DNA of 56,343 nt from contig JAGOVF010000002.1 of the NCBI GenBank assembly GCA_018060885.1, positions 1 to 56,343 of the forward strand. The letters are read 5' to 3'. Each line of letters starts with the position of its first letter. Within the stretch, counting starts at the first letter, position 1. Below are positions 46,268 through 55,599 of this stretch, piece after piece. Position numbers and translations under genes: made by a program. Below the pieces are notes generated by a model that saw only the letters and a program-made list of their open reading frames with translations, had not been told where the DNA came from and did no database searches. The DNA is from Oligoflexales bacterium. Its GTDB lineage: Bacteria; Bdellovibrionota_B; Oligoflexia; Oligoflexales; JAGOVF01.

Positions 46268-47062
46268 ATGACTGTAATTGCAAAGCAGCAAAAAGCTGCG
46301 ACGGGGATGACGCTTATTGAGTTAATCATTGTCGTAGCTCTGCTTGCAGGTGTTATGGTCTATGCACTTCCGAACATAATGCTCAATAAAGAAGCAGAAA
46401 TTCAAACCAAACTAAGCCGACTTCGGGAAGATATTCAAAGCGCATTTGATATGGCGGTGCTTTCTGGTAAGAATTATCGCTTGGTTTTTAGCTTAGATAC
46501 GCAAGAATATTGGTTAGAAGTCGGTTCAGATGAGGGGATGGTAAATTTAGATCCCCTGCGCCTGGGTCGAGATCTTACGGAGTTGGAAGAAAAAAGAGAA
46601 TTCGAGCGTTTTGAAATTGAATTCAAAGATAAATATGAGTCACTAGCTGACGAGCCGGTTAAAGACCCAGAAACAGATAAAGAAATAAAACCAACCAGTC
46701 CAGTCATTCAAGCAAAAAATTTGTTAAGCCCGAAAGAATGGCAGGCTGTGGAAAATTTAGAATGGAGTATTAGAAATTTGGGCTCTGCTTTGGTGTTTAA
46801 GGACATTCAAGCTGAACACCACGCGCAGCGACAAAGTGCAGATAACATGAATGTTGAAGGTCCAAGAGCTATAATCTACGTTTATCCTCGCGGTTATATC
46901 GAAAGAGCGGTTATACGGGTGGCTTATTCCAGCGACGGAGAAAATAATGAAGAACAGCTACCATATTCGCTTGTTATAGAGCCCCATACTGGATCTACCA
47001 GAATGATAGTCGCTGGGGATGAATATGATATAAATAAAGCGGCACAAGATGAAGCAGAGTAG
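46268..47062 (+). CDS. gspH: Minor pseudopilin (GspH position; longer than typical)
   Basis: The prepilin motif is G|MTLIELIIVVALLAG. The assignment is by position after gspG. Confidence 0.55.
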   Translation: MTVIAKQQKAATGMTLIELIIVVALLAGVMVYALPNIMLNKEAEIQTKLSRLREDIQSAFDMAVLSGKNYRLVFSLDTQEYWLEVGSDEGMVNLDPLRLGRDLTELEEKREFERFEIEFKDKYESLADEPVKDPETDKEIKPTSPVIQAKNLLSPKEWQAVENLEWSIRNLGSALVFKDIQAEHHAQRQSADNMNVEGPRAIIYVYPRGYIERAVIRVAYSSDGENNEEQLPYSLVIEPHTGSTRMIVAGDEYDINKAAQDEAE

Positions 47063-47795
47063 TCATGAAAGAGGTCCCTCCCTGCGGGATAAAAATAGCG
47101 AAGCAAGTTTTTCTTTGCTCGAAACTGTTATTGCTTTGGGACTAATGGCTGTTTTTTTGCTTGAAGTTGCTAGTGTGCAAGGCAATGCAATTTATTTTGG
47201 TGAATATGGGCTGAAATCAACCAAAGCAGTTTGGTTAGCCAGACAGGTATTGGCCAAAGTAGAATACGAAGCTCATTTTAGACCTTTTAACGAATTAAAA
47301 GCTTCAATGATGCCCGAAGATGGGTCTGAGTTTGAGAACTTTAAAGAAGAAGACTTTCGCTATAATTTAACTATTGAAGAATGGAAGCTGCCTCTTTTTA
47401 ATTTGATGGGAGGTGGCGGATCAGAAGATGGCGAAGAAGGAGGAAGTGAAGGTGAAGGCGGTGAAGCCGCAGGTGGAGATATGATTAGTGGCGCTATTAA
47501 GCAAGTTTTTGATGGGGAGCCGATGTTTAAAATTGCGAAGGTGGAAATAAGTTGGCCAGAAGGTGCTCATCGCAATAGTGTGGATGCGTCGCTACTGATC
47601 GCAAATCAAATAAAGGTAAATGAGGCTTTTGCAAAATTAGGCTTAAAAGAACCCAGTACAGCAAAAACTGCAAATCCGGCTACAGTACCGGGAGCTACAC
47701 CAGGAACTACACCAGGAACTACACCAGGAACTACACCAGGAACTACACCAGGAACTACACCAGGAACTACACCAGGAACAGAGCAAACTCCTTAG
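47049..47795 (+). CDS. gspI: Minor pseudopilin (GspI-like) with a Gly/Glu insert and a C-terminal (TPGT)n tail
   Basis: FSLLETVIALGLMAV is a type-IV-pilin-like N-terminus with Ser rather than Gly at -1. It overlaps the upstream gene by 14 nt. The assignment is by position. Confidence 0.55.
   Translation: MKQSSHERGPSLRDKNSEASFSLLETVIALGLMAVFLLEVASVQGNAIYFGEYGLKSTKAVWLARQVLAKVEYEAHFRPFNELKASMMPEDGSEFENFKEEDFRYNLTIEEWKLPLFNLMGGGGSEDGEEGGSEGEGGEAAGGDMISGAIKQVFDGEPMFKIAKVEISWPEGAHRNSVDASLLIANQIKVNEAFAKLGLKEPSTAKTANPATVPGATPGTTPGTTPGTTPGTTPGTTPGTTPGTEQTP
47695..47778 (+). repeat. Perfect tandem repeat, 7 x 12 bp (CTACACCAGGAA), in-frame
   Basis: Seven identical copies were counted directly. They encode (TPGT)7 at the C-terminus of the gspI-like ORF. 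Confidence 0.95.
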
Positions 47796-47828
47796 ATACT
47801 ATTTATTTTTGTGATAGATTGAGGCGTC

Positions 47829-48605
47829 GTGGTTCAAAAAAGCAAAAAAATTCTGAATCAATCTGGCTTCACTTTGATTGAAGTGATGATATCGATAGCA
47901 TTGTTAGCTACTATTATCATGGCAGTGAGTATGATGCTGAGAGGTAGCTTTGATATTAGACTCGGCTTGGCAGAAAAAAATAGAGTCAAACATCGTATGT
48001 CTGTTGCAATGGAAGCGCTACATTACGACTTAAGCCATGCATTTATAATATCTACCTTAGACCAAAAAAAGTTAGGCGACTCTAGATTTAAAACGCCATT
48101 TGAAATTAAGGAAGACTTTCAAGGGGATCAGCTTCGTCTAACAACCTTTAGCCATACTGTTAGGAATGTAGGATCTAAAGAGTCAGAAGTTTCTGACGTC
48201 TATTATCAACTTAAAGAAGACCCTAAGAGATCGGGCGTTAAGCATCTTTATCGCGGAAGTAGTGGGCGCTTGTCTTTTGATTTGAAAGAAATGCCTAAAA
48301 CACAGCTACTTATCCGCAATGTTAAATCCATAATCTTTATACCTTGGCGTGGAGATTCATGGTTAACCACCAGCCGTTCTTGGAACTCGATCGAAAGAGA
48401 AATGCGTAATAAAATTCCGCGACTTGTCAAAATTCGCTTGGAAGTTTATTTAATTGATTTTGAAGAAGAAGATGAAAGTGGAGAAAGCCAAGTTAATCTA
48501 GATGATGCACCGACAGAAATGATAGAAACAGCCGTTTATATAGCATCATCAGTAAATTTCAAAGAGTATCGAGAACCAAATTCGACATTGCGCTGGGAAT
48601 TTTAG
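47829..48605 (+). CDS. gspJ: Minor pseudopilin (GspJ-like)
   Basis: The prepilin motif is G|FTLIEVMISIALLA. Size (~258 aa) and position fit GspJ. The start is GTG. Confidence 0.6.
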   Translation: MVQKSKKILNQSGFTLIEVMISIALLATIIMAVSMMLRGSFDIRLGLAEKNRVKHRMSVAMEALHYDLSHAFIISTLDQKKLGDSRFKTPFEIKEDFQGDQLRLTTFSHTVRNVGSKESEVSDVYYQLKEDPKRSGVKHLYRGSSGRLSFDLKEMPKTQLLIRNVKSIIFIPWRGDSWLTTSRSWNSIEREMRNKIPRLVKIRLEVYLIDFEEEDESGESQVNLDDAPTEMIETAVYIASSVNFKEYREPNSTLRWEF

Positions 48606-48617
48606 GAAAGTCTTTTA

Positions 48618-49889
48618 ATGTTTAGTTGGCAAAAAAGATTCAGAATTAAACTTCCTGTAACAAAGTATGGCTTTCCTTTTGCGGAGAATTCTCAAAGTCA
48701 CAGAAATTTAACACCAGAAAGAGATGTTCGCAAAAAAGGCATAGCGCTTTTATTGGCAATTATGATTATCTCGCTTCTTATGGTCTTTGTTAGCGATTTA
48801 ATTCTTTCCTCTCAGGTAAATTTAGAATTGACTCATCAACAAACGAATAATTTAAAAGCCGAGTATCTAGCAAAATCAGGCGCGAATTTAGCTACATTTA
48901 TGCTAACTGTCGATTATGCAATTGATCTAGCCATGTCTCGCCCGCCTTTAAATCAGGAAAAGGCTGATGGCCCAGGCGATATTTGGGCTTTGATTAATGG
49001 TGTACCTATAGGCGGAGATACCGCCGAATTGATCGGCGGATTTGCTGAACAGTTTGAACTTAGTGAAAATATGGATGAGGGAATCATAAATCAACTAAAA
49101 GAATTTCAGGGGCAGTTTATAATAAATATTGAAGATGAATCGAAAAAAATAAACTTAAATGCTTGCTCTTTTGCTCGTTGTGATGAAGTACTTGCAATGC
49201 TACAAGCGCTATTTGCGTGTCCAGTAGAAAAAAAATTTCTCGAAGATAAAAATTTGAAGAATGAAGCTCTCGTAGCGAATATAAAAGACTATCTTGACGA
49301 AAAGTCTATCCTCGAAGCAGGATCGGAATTCAGTGATGAGGATGCTCCTTACGGAAAAACGCAGCCAGAATATAAAGCTAAGAATGCGCCCTTATATAGC
49401 TTAGATGAGTTGAAGATGGTTGAAGGCTGGGACCAAGATTTACATGTCGTTTTTTCGCCATATTTTACAGTATTTCCGTTTAAAGAAAACAAAGACTATA
49501 AACCAAAAATCAATATAAATACCGCAAATAGAGAACTGCTAGCTTGTCTAGTGAGAGAAGCTGGAATTGATTGTAATGATAAATTTACGCAAAGTATTCA
49601 GGCGCGTGATACGGACAAGGTAAATGTTGCGAGTGCGGGTTCGCTCAAAGAATATTTAAAGTCTATGATGTGTTTTAGTGGCAAAGAAGGATCCTCTGAA
49701 GCTCAAAATCCAGAAAAGTGGTTTCAGACTTTTTCAGATACTTACCGAATAACGGTTTCTGGAATGGCCGGTGATCAAATCAAAACATTAGATTTAGTTA
49801 TTCAGCGAAAAATTCCAGAAAAAGCTAGCAAAATTGACTACCAGGACAATCTTTCGGCATATTCAGTTTTGTATAGAAAGTTAAAATGA
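48618..49889 (+). CDS. gspK: Minor pseudopilin GspK
   Basis: KGIALLLAIMIISLLMV is an N-terminus lacking Glu+5, as is typical of GspK. Length is ~420 aa and the gene follows gspJ. Confidence 0.7.
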   Translation: MFSWQKRFRIKLPVTKYGFPFAENSQSHRNLTPERDVRKKGIALLLAIMIISLLMVFVSDLILSSQVNLELTHQQTNNLKAEYLAKSGANLATFMLTVDYAIDLAMSRPPLNQEKADGPGDIWALINGVPIGGDTAELIGGFAEQFELSENMDEGIINQLKEFQGQFIINIEDESKKINLNACSFARCDEVLAMLQALFACPVEKKFLEDKNLKNEALVANIKDYLDEKSILEAGSEFSDEDAPYGKTQPEYKAKNAPLYSLDELKMVEGWDQDLHVVFSPYFTVFPFKENKDYKPKININTANRELLACLVREAGIDCNDKFTQSIQARDTDKVNVASAGSLKEYLKSMMCFSGKEGSSEAQNPEKWFQTFSDTYRITVSGMAGDQIKTLDLVIQRKIPEKASKIDYQDNLSAYSVLYRKLK

Positions 49890-49974
49890 ATATCACTGAG
49901 CTTATGTGGAAGACTGAATGTGATAATATGTATGTAGCTTACAGAATTTATTAGAGTAAATAGGAGCTTTCACT

Positions 49975-51621
49975 TTGCAAAGAGTCATCGGGCTGGATAT
50001 CGGTAGTTACTCTATAAAAGTAGTAGAAATACATAATACATTTAATTCTTATGAAATTGTAAATTTTTACGAGAACGTCATCCCGTATTTTGAAGAAGCG
50101 GATGCTGATTCTATAATTCCAGCTAGTATGGGGCAGCTATTTCGCGAAAATAATCTACAAGCCGATCGAATTATCACAGCAATGCCGGGCCAATATATTT
50201 CTAGTAGAATTATGTCATTTAATTTTTCTGATCCAAGAAAAATTGAAAATGCAGTACTTGCAGAAGTAGAAGACGTCGTTCCCTATAATCTAGAAGATAT
50301 GATAGTCGATCACCAAGTAATTGGCCAAATTGGCGGCCAAACAATTGCTATGGTAGTTATGACTCGTAAAGAGTTTATGCGCAGTTTTTTGGAGCATTTG
50401 CAGTATATAAATATAGATCCTAAATTAGTAGATGTTGACAGTTTGGCTTTCTATAATCTCAATCCATATTTGCAAATGGAACCTGGGGAGTGTGCCGCTA
50501 TTGTTGATGTGGGGCATGAAAAAACCTCTGTGTGTATTGTTCAGAATGATGTTTTAAGAATGTTTAGATCTATTAATTTAGGTGGACGTTATTTAACGGA
50601 GTTTTTAGCAAGAGATCTTGAAGTTGGATTCAATGAAGCTCAGCGCATTAAACACCAAATCTCTAAAATACTTTATAATGAGGACGTGGGAGAAGAAATG
50701 TCTTCCGAAGAGAGAATGATCTCTCATCGAATGACCTTGGCATGCAATGCAATGGTGAAAGAGTTGGGTCGCACCTTCTATTCCTTTAAAAAGTGGGAAA
50801 AAACTCCGATTTCTAAAATATTTTTGTCTGGTGGGACTTCAAAGATCATTAATCTGGATAATTATCTAAGTGAACAGCTAGAAATAAAAGTAATAAAAAA
50901 TCGACTCGATCAAAGTAATCTGAAAATTAATCCAGATCTAAATCAATACCGTGAGATCATGCCACAAAGTATCGCAATTGGTGTGAGAGCTGTTTCTTCA
51001 TTAAAACGCCACACACTCATAAATCTCCGTAAGGGTGAATTTGCATATGTGCAAAATTATGAATCGATTTTTAAAATAACTGGTGGTGTATTTAAATACA
51101 TGGCGGTCGGGCTTCTTATGCTTTGTGTTATTTATACCTTGAGATATTTCGATATAACTTCTAAGAATGAAAAAATACAAGATGATTATAATAAAAAAGT
51201 AGTCAAAGTTTTTCCTGATCTACAAAAATCGCAAAAAAATGCTTCTTTTAAACGAATGTCAGAAGCCGTCAAGGCAAAATTCAATAGTGAAATTAATGCA
51301 AAAAACACAACGGTGACGGAGTTCAAATCTAGAATGTTGTCTAGTCCACCCTTGGAGCTGTTGGGTGAAATTAGTAGAACAATTCCGAAAGATTTAAAAA
51401 TTGATTTGACAAACTATCAATATACCGCAGTGGGTGATGGTGGAGGTAAACTTGTGTTTAGAGGTGATACTGATAGTTATGATTCAGTTGCAAAAATTGT
51501 TGAAGTGATTAAGACGGTTAAAGGTCTCGAGGCGATTTCGGAAAAGAGCTCTCCAAAGCCAGGCTATGATAATAAAGTGATAGATTTTATAATTCAAGCT
51601 GACTACAAGCCAATTATTTAA
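49975..51621 (+). CDS. gspL: GspL-like assembly protein (PilM-like actin-fold N-domain, TM helix and periplasmic domain)
   Basis: The N-terminus VIGLDIGSYSIKVVEI is PilM/GspL ATPase-fold-like. There is a single TM helix near residue 370. The start is TTG with TAGGAG upstream. Confidence 0.65.
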   Translation: MQRVIGLDIGSYSIKVVEIHNTFNSYEIVNFYENVIPYFEEADADSIIPASMGQLFRENNLQADRIITAMPGQYISSRIMSFNFSDPRKIENAVLAEVEDVVPYNLEDMIVDHQVIGQIGGQTIAMVVMTRKEFMRSFLEHLQYINIDPKLVDVDSLAFYNLNPYLQMEPGECAAIVDVGHEKTSVCIVQNDVLRMFRSINLGGRYLTEFLARDLEVGFNEAQRIKHQISKILYNEDVGEEMSSEERMISHRMTLACNAMVKELGRTFYSFKKWEKTPISKIFLSGGTSKIINLDNYLSEQLEIKVIKNRLDQSNLKINPDLNQYREIMPQSIAIGVRAVSSLKRHTLINLRKGEFAYVQNYESIFKITGGVFKYMAVGLLMLCVIYTLRYFDITSKNEKIQDDYNKKVVKVFPDLQKSQKNASFKRMSEAVKAKFNSEINAKNTTVTEFKSRMLSSPPLELLGEISRTIPKDLKIDLTNYQYTAVGDGGGKLVFRGDTDSYDSVAKIVEVIKTVKGLEAISEKSSPKPGYDNKVIDFIIQADYKPII

Positions 51622-51657
51622 AAATAGATATCGCGCACTATTTGGAAGGTATTAATA

Positions 51658-52311
51658 ATGGACGCCGTCAGTAGTATAAAAGAAAAATTATTTGGAAATT
51701 TTCAAGTTGTAGTGCGGCGCGTTCGTCAACAGATACTTGGAAACAATAATGAGCGATTAGATTTCATTCTAGATAGTTTTTATCGACTTAATCCTTCTCA
51801 AAAAAATGCTGTTGTAGGCGGCTTTTTGGCTGGGTTAGTTGTAATTGTTTTAATCGTTATTACTATCTATTTTAGTTCTGTTGGAAACCTTGAAAAGAGT
51901 TTAGAGGAAAGTCAGTCGGCGCATAGTCAACTTAAAGTTCTCATGCAGTCCTATCAGCAGGAAATTGCTAATTATAACTCATTAGTAGAAAGAATCTCCT
52001 CAAAGACAGAAGCTTTACGAATTAAACCATTTTTTGAACAGCTTTTTAGAAAACATGGTTTAGAGATGGATAATTTAAATGAAAAATTGCTACCTCTTCC
52101 AGTAGAAAATGCATTGAGCGATAAATTCCAGGAAGTTCGAGCTGATATTCGCTTGAATAAGATATCTATTCCAAAACTGTTGAAGTTATTAGTTGCTATC
52201 GAGTCGTCGAATAATTTTCTAAAAGTGGATGAATTGAAAATTCAGTCGCGTCATGAAGATAAACTTTATTTTGATGCACAATTTAGAGTTACTGGCTACC
52301 AGAGGAAATAA
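51658..52311 (+). CDS. GspM-like bitopic membrane protein
   Basis: It has a single TM helix (LAGLVVIVLIVITIYF). Size and position after gspL fit GspM. No sequence motif was recognised. Confidence 0.5.
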   Translation: MDAVSSIKEKLFGNFQVVVRRVRQQILGNNNERLDFILDSFYRLNPSQKNAVVGGFLAGLVVIVLIVITIYFSSVGNLEKSLEESQSAHSQLKVLMQSYQQEIANYNSLVERISSKTEALRIKPFFEQLFRKHGLEMDNLNEKLLPLPVENALSDKFQEVRADIRLNKISIPKLLKLLVAIESSNNFLKVDELKIQSRHEDKLYFDAQFRVTGYQRK

Positions 52312-52315
52312 AAAA

Positions 52316-53248
52316 ATGAAAAAATTTCGGTCCATCCTTGTTTATTTTTTGCTATTTGTTTTTAGCTTGTTTTTCTTTCTTTATATTATGTTCCCCTACA
52401 ACATTCTGAAGGAAACGATTGTAACTCAGGTTTCTGCCAATACTGGATTGACATTGAGTGTGAATGATATTTCTCCCAAATATAGTTTCGGGCTAAATTT
52501 TACCGGTATAGAGCTAAGTGCTCCAGGAAGAATAAAAACACTAAAGATTGAAAAGGTCGGTCTAAGTCTAAATCTTTTTTATTTGTTAGCAGGGAATATT
52601 CATGTTTCCGTAGGAGTTTATAAGACCCCCAAGGGATTGCTTGAAGGGTCGATGGATTTACCAATTTTAGCTCTCATGAGTGGGCAAACGAAAGTGAAAA
52701 ACTTGGAGGTAGTTTCAGAAGATTTTTCTATAGGTGAATATGTTGATTTTGCCTTTGAAGGTCTATCAAAAGCGCCTGATGCAAATCCGATGCTTGGCGG
52801 GCTTTTAGATAAAGTTGCTTTTATCGGTGACCTGTATGCAGATGTGGATTTAGATGTAGACGCAAATTTGATTTCAAATAGCAAAGGAAAAGTTTTAATT
52901 GAACTTAAAGATGCGAAGTTACAAGTGAAAGATCCCGAAATGGATATTGATGATCAGGTGTTTAATAATGCAAAGGTCAGCGGCGTTCTTGCAAATGGCA
53001 TTTTTTCGGTGTCGGAAAATTCGTCAATTGTAAGCAAGGATTTGGAACTTTTGTTTAAAGGAAAATTTACACTTGATAATAATATAGGTGCATCTTCGAT
53101 TGATTTAACTATTCCTATTAAATTGAAAGAAAAGTTCAAAGAGCAATTTGGTTTTTGGTTAGATGCTTTTACTGGAAAATCAAATGATGGGGATATGACA
53201 ATTCAGGTTCGCGGAAATATTGGCGCACCTAGCGTGACAACAATTTAA
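52316..53248 (+). CDS. GspN-like bitopic membrane protein
   Basis: The ATG at 52316 has AGAGGA 9 nt upstream and lies just after the upstream stop. There is an N-terminal TM helix, and the gene is last in the gsp run. The track start at 52253 overlaps the previous gene. Confidence 0.5.
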   Translation: MKKFRSILVYFLLFVFSLFFFLYIMFPYNILKETIVTQVSANTGLTLSVNDISPKYSFGLNFTGIELSAPGRIKTLKIEKVGLSLNLFYLLAGNIHVSVGVYKTPKGLLEGSMDLPILALMSGQTKVKNLEVVSEDFSIGEYVDFAFEGLSKAPDANPMLGGLLDKVAFIGDLYADVDLDVDANLISNSKGKVLIELKDAKLQVKDPEMDIDDQVFNNAKVSGVLANGIFSVSENSSIVSKDLELLFKGKFTLDNNIGASSIDLTIPIKLKEKFKEQFGFWLDAFTGKSNDGDMTIQVRGNIGAPSVTTI

Positions 53249-53277
53249 TTTATATTCAAATAATTTGGAATCAATTA

Positions 53278-53664
53278 TTGAGCAATACGTCGCAAAAATT
53301 TATTGATCAGGCGTTCGCGGCTCTCAGGCACTATTATTTACGATCTTTAGCTGCGATAGATGCAATAGATTTGGCTAATCAAAAATCTTTAGATGAAATA
53401 CTAAGAAAACGAACTGCGGCTTTTCACAATTTTCGCGTCGCTGATGCATTGCTCCTTCGAGACGGAATTGACGTATCTTTAAATCCAGAATTGCAGGAAA
53501 TTTGGATGGATATCCGAGCTATAGATTTAAAGTTAAAGGATAAATTGGCAATATTTTCTAAAATCAAAAAAAGAGAGCTCAATTCAGCAATATTAGCTCG
53601 AAAAAAAATTCAGTCGTTCCATTCTGGAACTTCTCATCAGAATGATTTACAATTAGAAGTATAG
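53278..53664 (+). CDS. Hypothetical helical protein
   Basis: This is a TTG-start ORF of 128 aa with no motif recognised. Confidence 0.35.
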   Translation: MSNTSQKFIDQAFAALRHYYLRSLAAIDAIDLANQKSLDEILRKRTAAFHNFRVADALLLRDGIDVSLNPELQEIWMDIRAIDLKLKDKLAIFSKIKKRELNSAILARKKIQSFHSGTSHQNDLQLEV

Positions 53665-53727
53665 CAATCATTGAAATTCGTTTTTTAGTTAACTCAGTGC
53701 TTTCAGCTCTTTGATTTGGAGTTCATT

Positions 53728-55596
53728 ATGCAGGAGAAAAGTACCATTAAAAAGATCGCGCTTGTTTATGGAAATTTGCCAACCGTTGAAGAGATTGATC
53801 AGTTTAAGCTTTTGAGCCCTGAGGACTATGAAGTTAATGTTGTTAGTTCACAATCAATTTGTGGCTACTTAACTCAAACTAGTACTTTTCAAGATCTAAA
53901 GTGCATTGCACTTCCTGACTACGATGAAAATCCATCATATCTACCAGGATTAGAAAAAGTATTAGCCGACTTTGATATTGTTATCGTAAAAGAAAGAATC
54001 GGTCTATACGCTTTTCAATCTGTTAAATCTAAACTCAGAAATAAATTTCGATTAGTAGTTTGGGTAGATAATTTAACTGCTTTTCCTGGTGAAGATGTCA
54101 CTCAAATGCGCACGGTGAGAGAAGAGATCGCCAATAATGCTGATGGTTATATCGTGCAAACTGAAACCGCTCGGCAGACATTAATTGGTGAGGGTATTGA
54201 ATTAGATAGAATTCATTTAATGCCACCTTGGGTGTCTACTAATGGAGAACGCAGTCAGGCTCTAAAAGCTGCGGCGGCAGAAGCCATAGGACTGGGTTCC
54301 GAAGATTTCATTATTGGCCATATTGGTCAAGTAGAGTGGGAGGAAGGCTTGTTTACGCTTGTACAAGCAATTAAACACGCTGTAGATTCAGATGTATCGA
54401 TGGCACGTAGATTGAAACTTGTAATTTGTGGAATCGGATCTTTATCAACAGAATTGCGTAATCGCGTTATTAAACTCGGAATCGATGATAGAGTCGTATA
54501 TCTAGCTCCAAATCGCACCTCATTTAAGACAATGCTCGCAGTTTGTGATTGTATTTATTACGGCCCGATAGAATCGCGAGATAGATTCGAAGGTGACCCT
54601 TACCGTTTAGTGTCTGCGATGGCAAATGACATCCCTGTGCTTGCTTCTAGAAATTCTGTAGTTGAAGAAATTATTGGGAAACACAGAATAGATTTTTGCC
54701 CAGGTTCAATTGAAAGCCTTGAAGACGCAATTACAAAGGCTGCAACTGCAAAGTCTCTTTTGCAAAATATTTGCAAAAAGAACCGTGATTCTTACGAAAA
54801 GATTTTTAATCAGTCAAAAGTTAGCATTGCAATGGAAACTATTCTTGCAACAATACTAGCTGCAGATTCTCAAATCGATATTAGTTCATTAGAACATCAG
54901 ATTTTTGAAGTTGAAGCTAAAGTTAAAACGAAACAATATTTGGCTGCTATTGAGATGATTGAATCGATCTTTCAGATGAAGGATCTTGCAGAACATCATA
55001 AATCAAATCTATATCGACTCATTGGTGATTGTTTTACCAAGCTTGGAGATTTAGATGCAGGAAAAGATGCTTATCTAAAAGCCTTGGAGTTTGATAAGTA
55101 TAGTGCAAAGGCCTATATTGGTTTAGGTACTATCGGGCTGACAAAAGCTAGTCACGACATTGCCATAATTCATTTTCAAAAGGCTATTAGCTTAGCCCCC
55201 GACGATGAGATGGCTAACTTAGGATTGGGCCTTGCATTCCAGGGAATGAATGAGCTTATTGAAGCTAGTCGATGGATTGAACGTTCTTTAGAAATTAATC
55301 CGATAAATACAGCTGCAATTTATTCTTTAGTAACTACAAGCTCAGATAGCGGAGAGTATGCTAAGGCGGAAAGAGCTTTGCGAAAATACTTAAGCATTCA
55401 TAGAAACGATCATAATATGAAATACACTCTTGGTGGCATACTTTACAAGATGGCTGCATACTCAGAGGTGCAGGAAATTATGGCTGATATTATGAAAACC
55501 GATCCTTTAGATTCGCGTGCACAAGCTCTTTTTAACCAGGCGGCGCGCGCTATCGAAAGTGCAAAAATTGGTGCAGCAAAATCATCGAATGGGTGA
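53728..55596 (+). CDS. Glycosyltransferase (GT4-like) fused to C-terminal TPR repeats
   Basis: An EX7E-like region (EGDPYRLVSAMANDIPVLASRNSVVEEI) is present. The C-terminal ~230 aa has TPR-like repeats (YRLIGDCFTKLGDLDAGKDAYLKALEFD, AYIGLGTIG..., NLGLGLAFQGMNELIEASRWIERSLEINP). I prefer the ATG at 53728 (GGAG 7 nt upstream) over the TTG at 53716. Confidence 0.65.
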   Translation: MQEKSTIKKIALVYGNLPTVEEIDQFKLLSPEDYEVNVVSSQSICGYLTQTSTFQDLKCIALPDYDENPSYLPGLEKVLADFDIVIVKERIGLYAFQSVKSKLRNKFRLVVWVDNLTAFPGEDVTQMRTVREEIANNADGYIVQTETARQTLIGEGIELDRIHLMPPWVSTNGERSQALKAAAAEAIGLGSEDFIIGHIGQVEWEEGLFTLVQAIKHAVDSDVSMARRLKLVICGIGSLSTELRNRVIKLGIDDRVVYLAPNRTSFKTMLAVCDCIYYGPIESRDRFEGDPYRLVSAMANDIPVLASRNSVVEEIIGKHRIDFCPGSIESLEDAITKAATAKSLLQNICKKNRDSYEKIFNQSKVSIAMETILATILAADSQIDISSLEHQIFEVEAKVKTKQYLAAIEMIESIFQMKDLAEHHKSNLYRLIGDCFTKLGDLDAGKDAYLKALEFDKYSAKAYIGLGTIGLTKASHDIAIIHFQKAISLAPDDEMANLGLGLAFQGMNELIEASRWIERSLEINPINTAAIYSLVTTSSDSGEYAKAERALRKYLSIHRNDHNMKYTLGGILYKMAAYSEVQEIMADIMKTDPLDSRAQALFNQAARAIESAKIGAAKSSNG

Positions 55597-55599
55597 ATT

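Noticed and set aside
47695-47778. The regular 12-bp repeats were considered as a CRISPR-like array.
   Set aside because: The units are contiguous with no spacers, are in-frame within an ORF, and are only 12 bp long. This is a coding tandem repeat, not CRISPR.
49975-53248. The PilM-like N-terminus of the 548-aa protein and the following bitopic proteins were considered as a type IVa pilus pilMNOP set.
   Set aside because: The context is GspC (PDZ), GspD, GspE with tetracysteine, GspG-K pseudopilins including a GspK lacking Glu+5, and no PilT/PilC-like extras. This favours a T2SS, and the GspL cytoplasmic domain is known to share the PilM fold.
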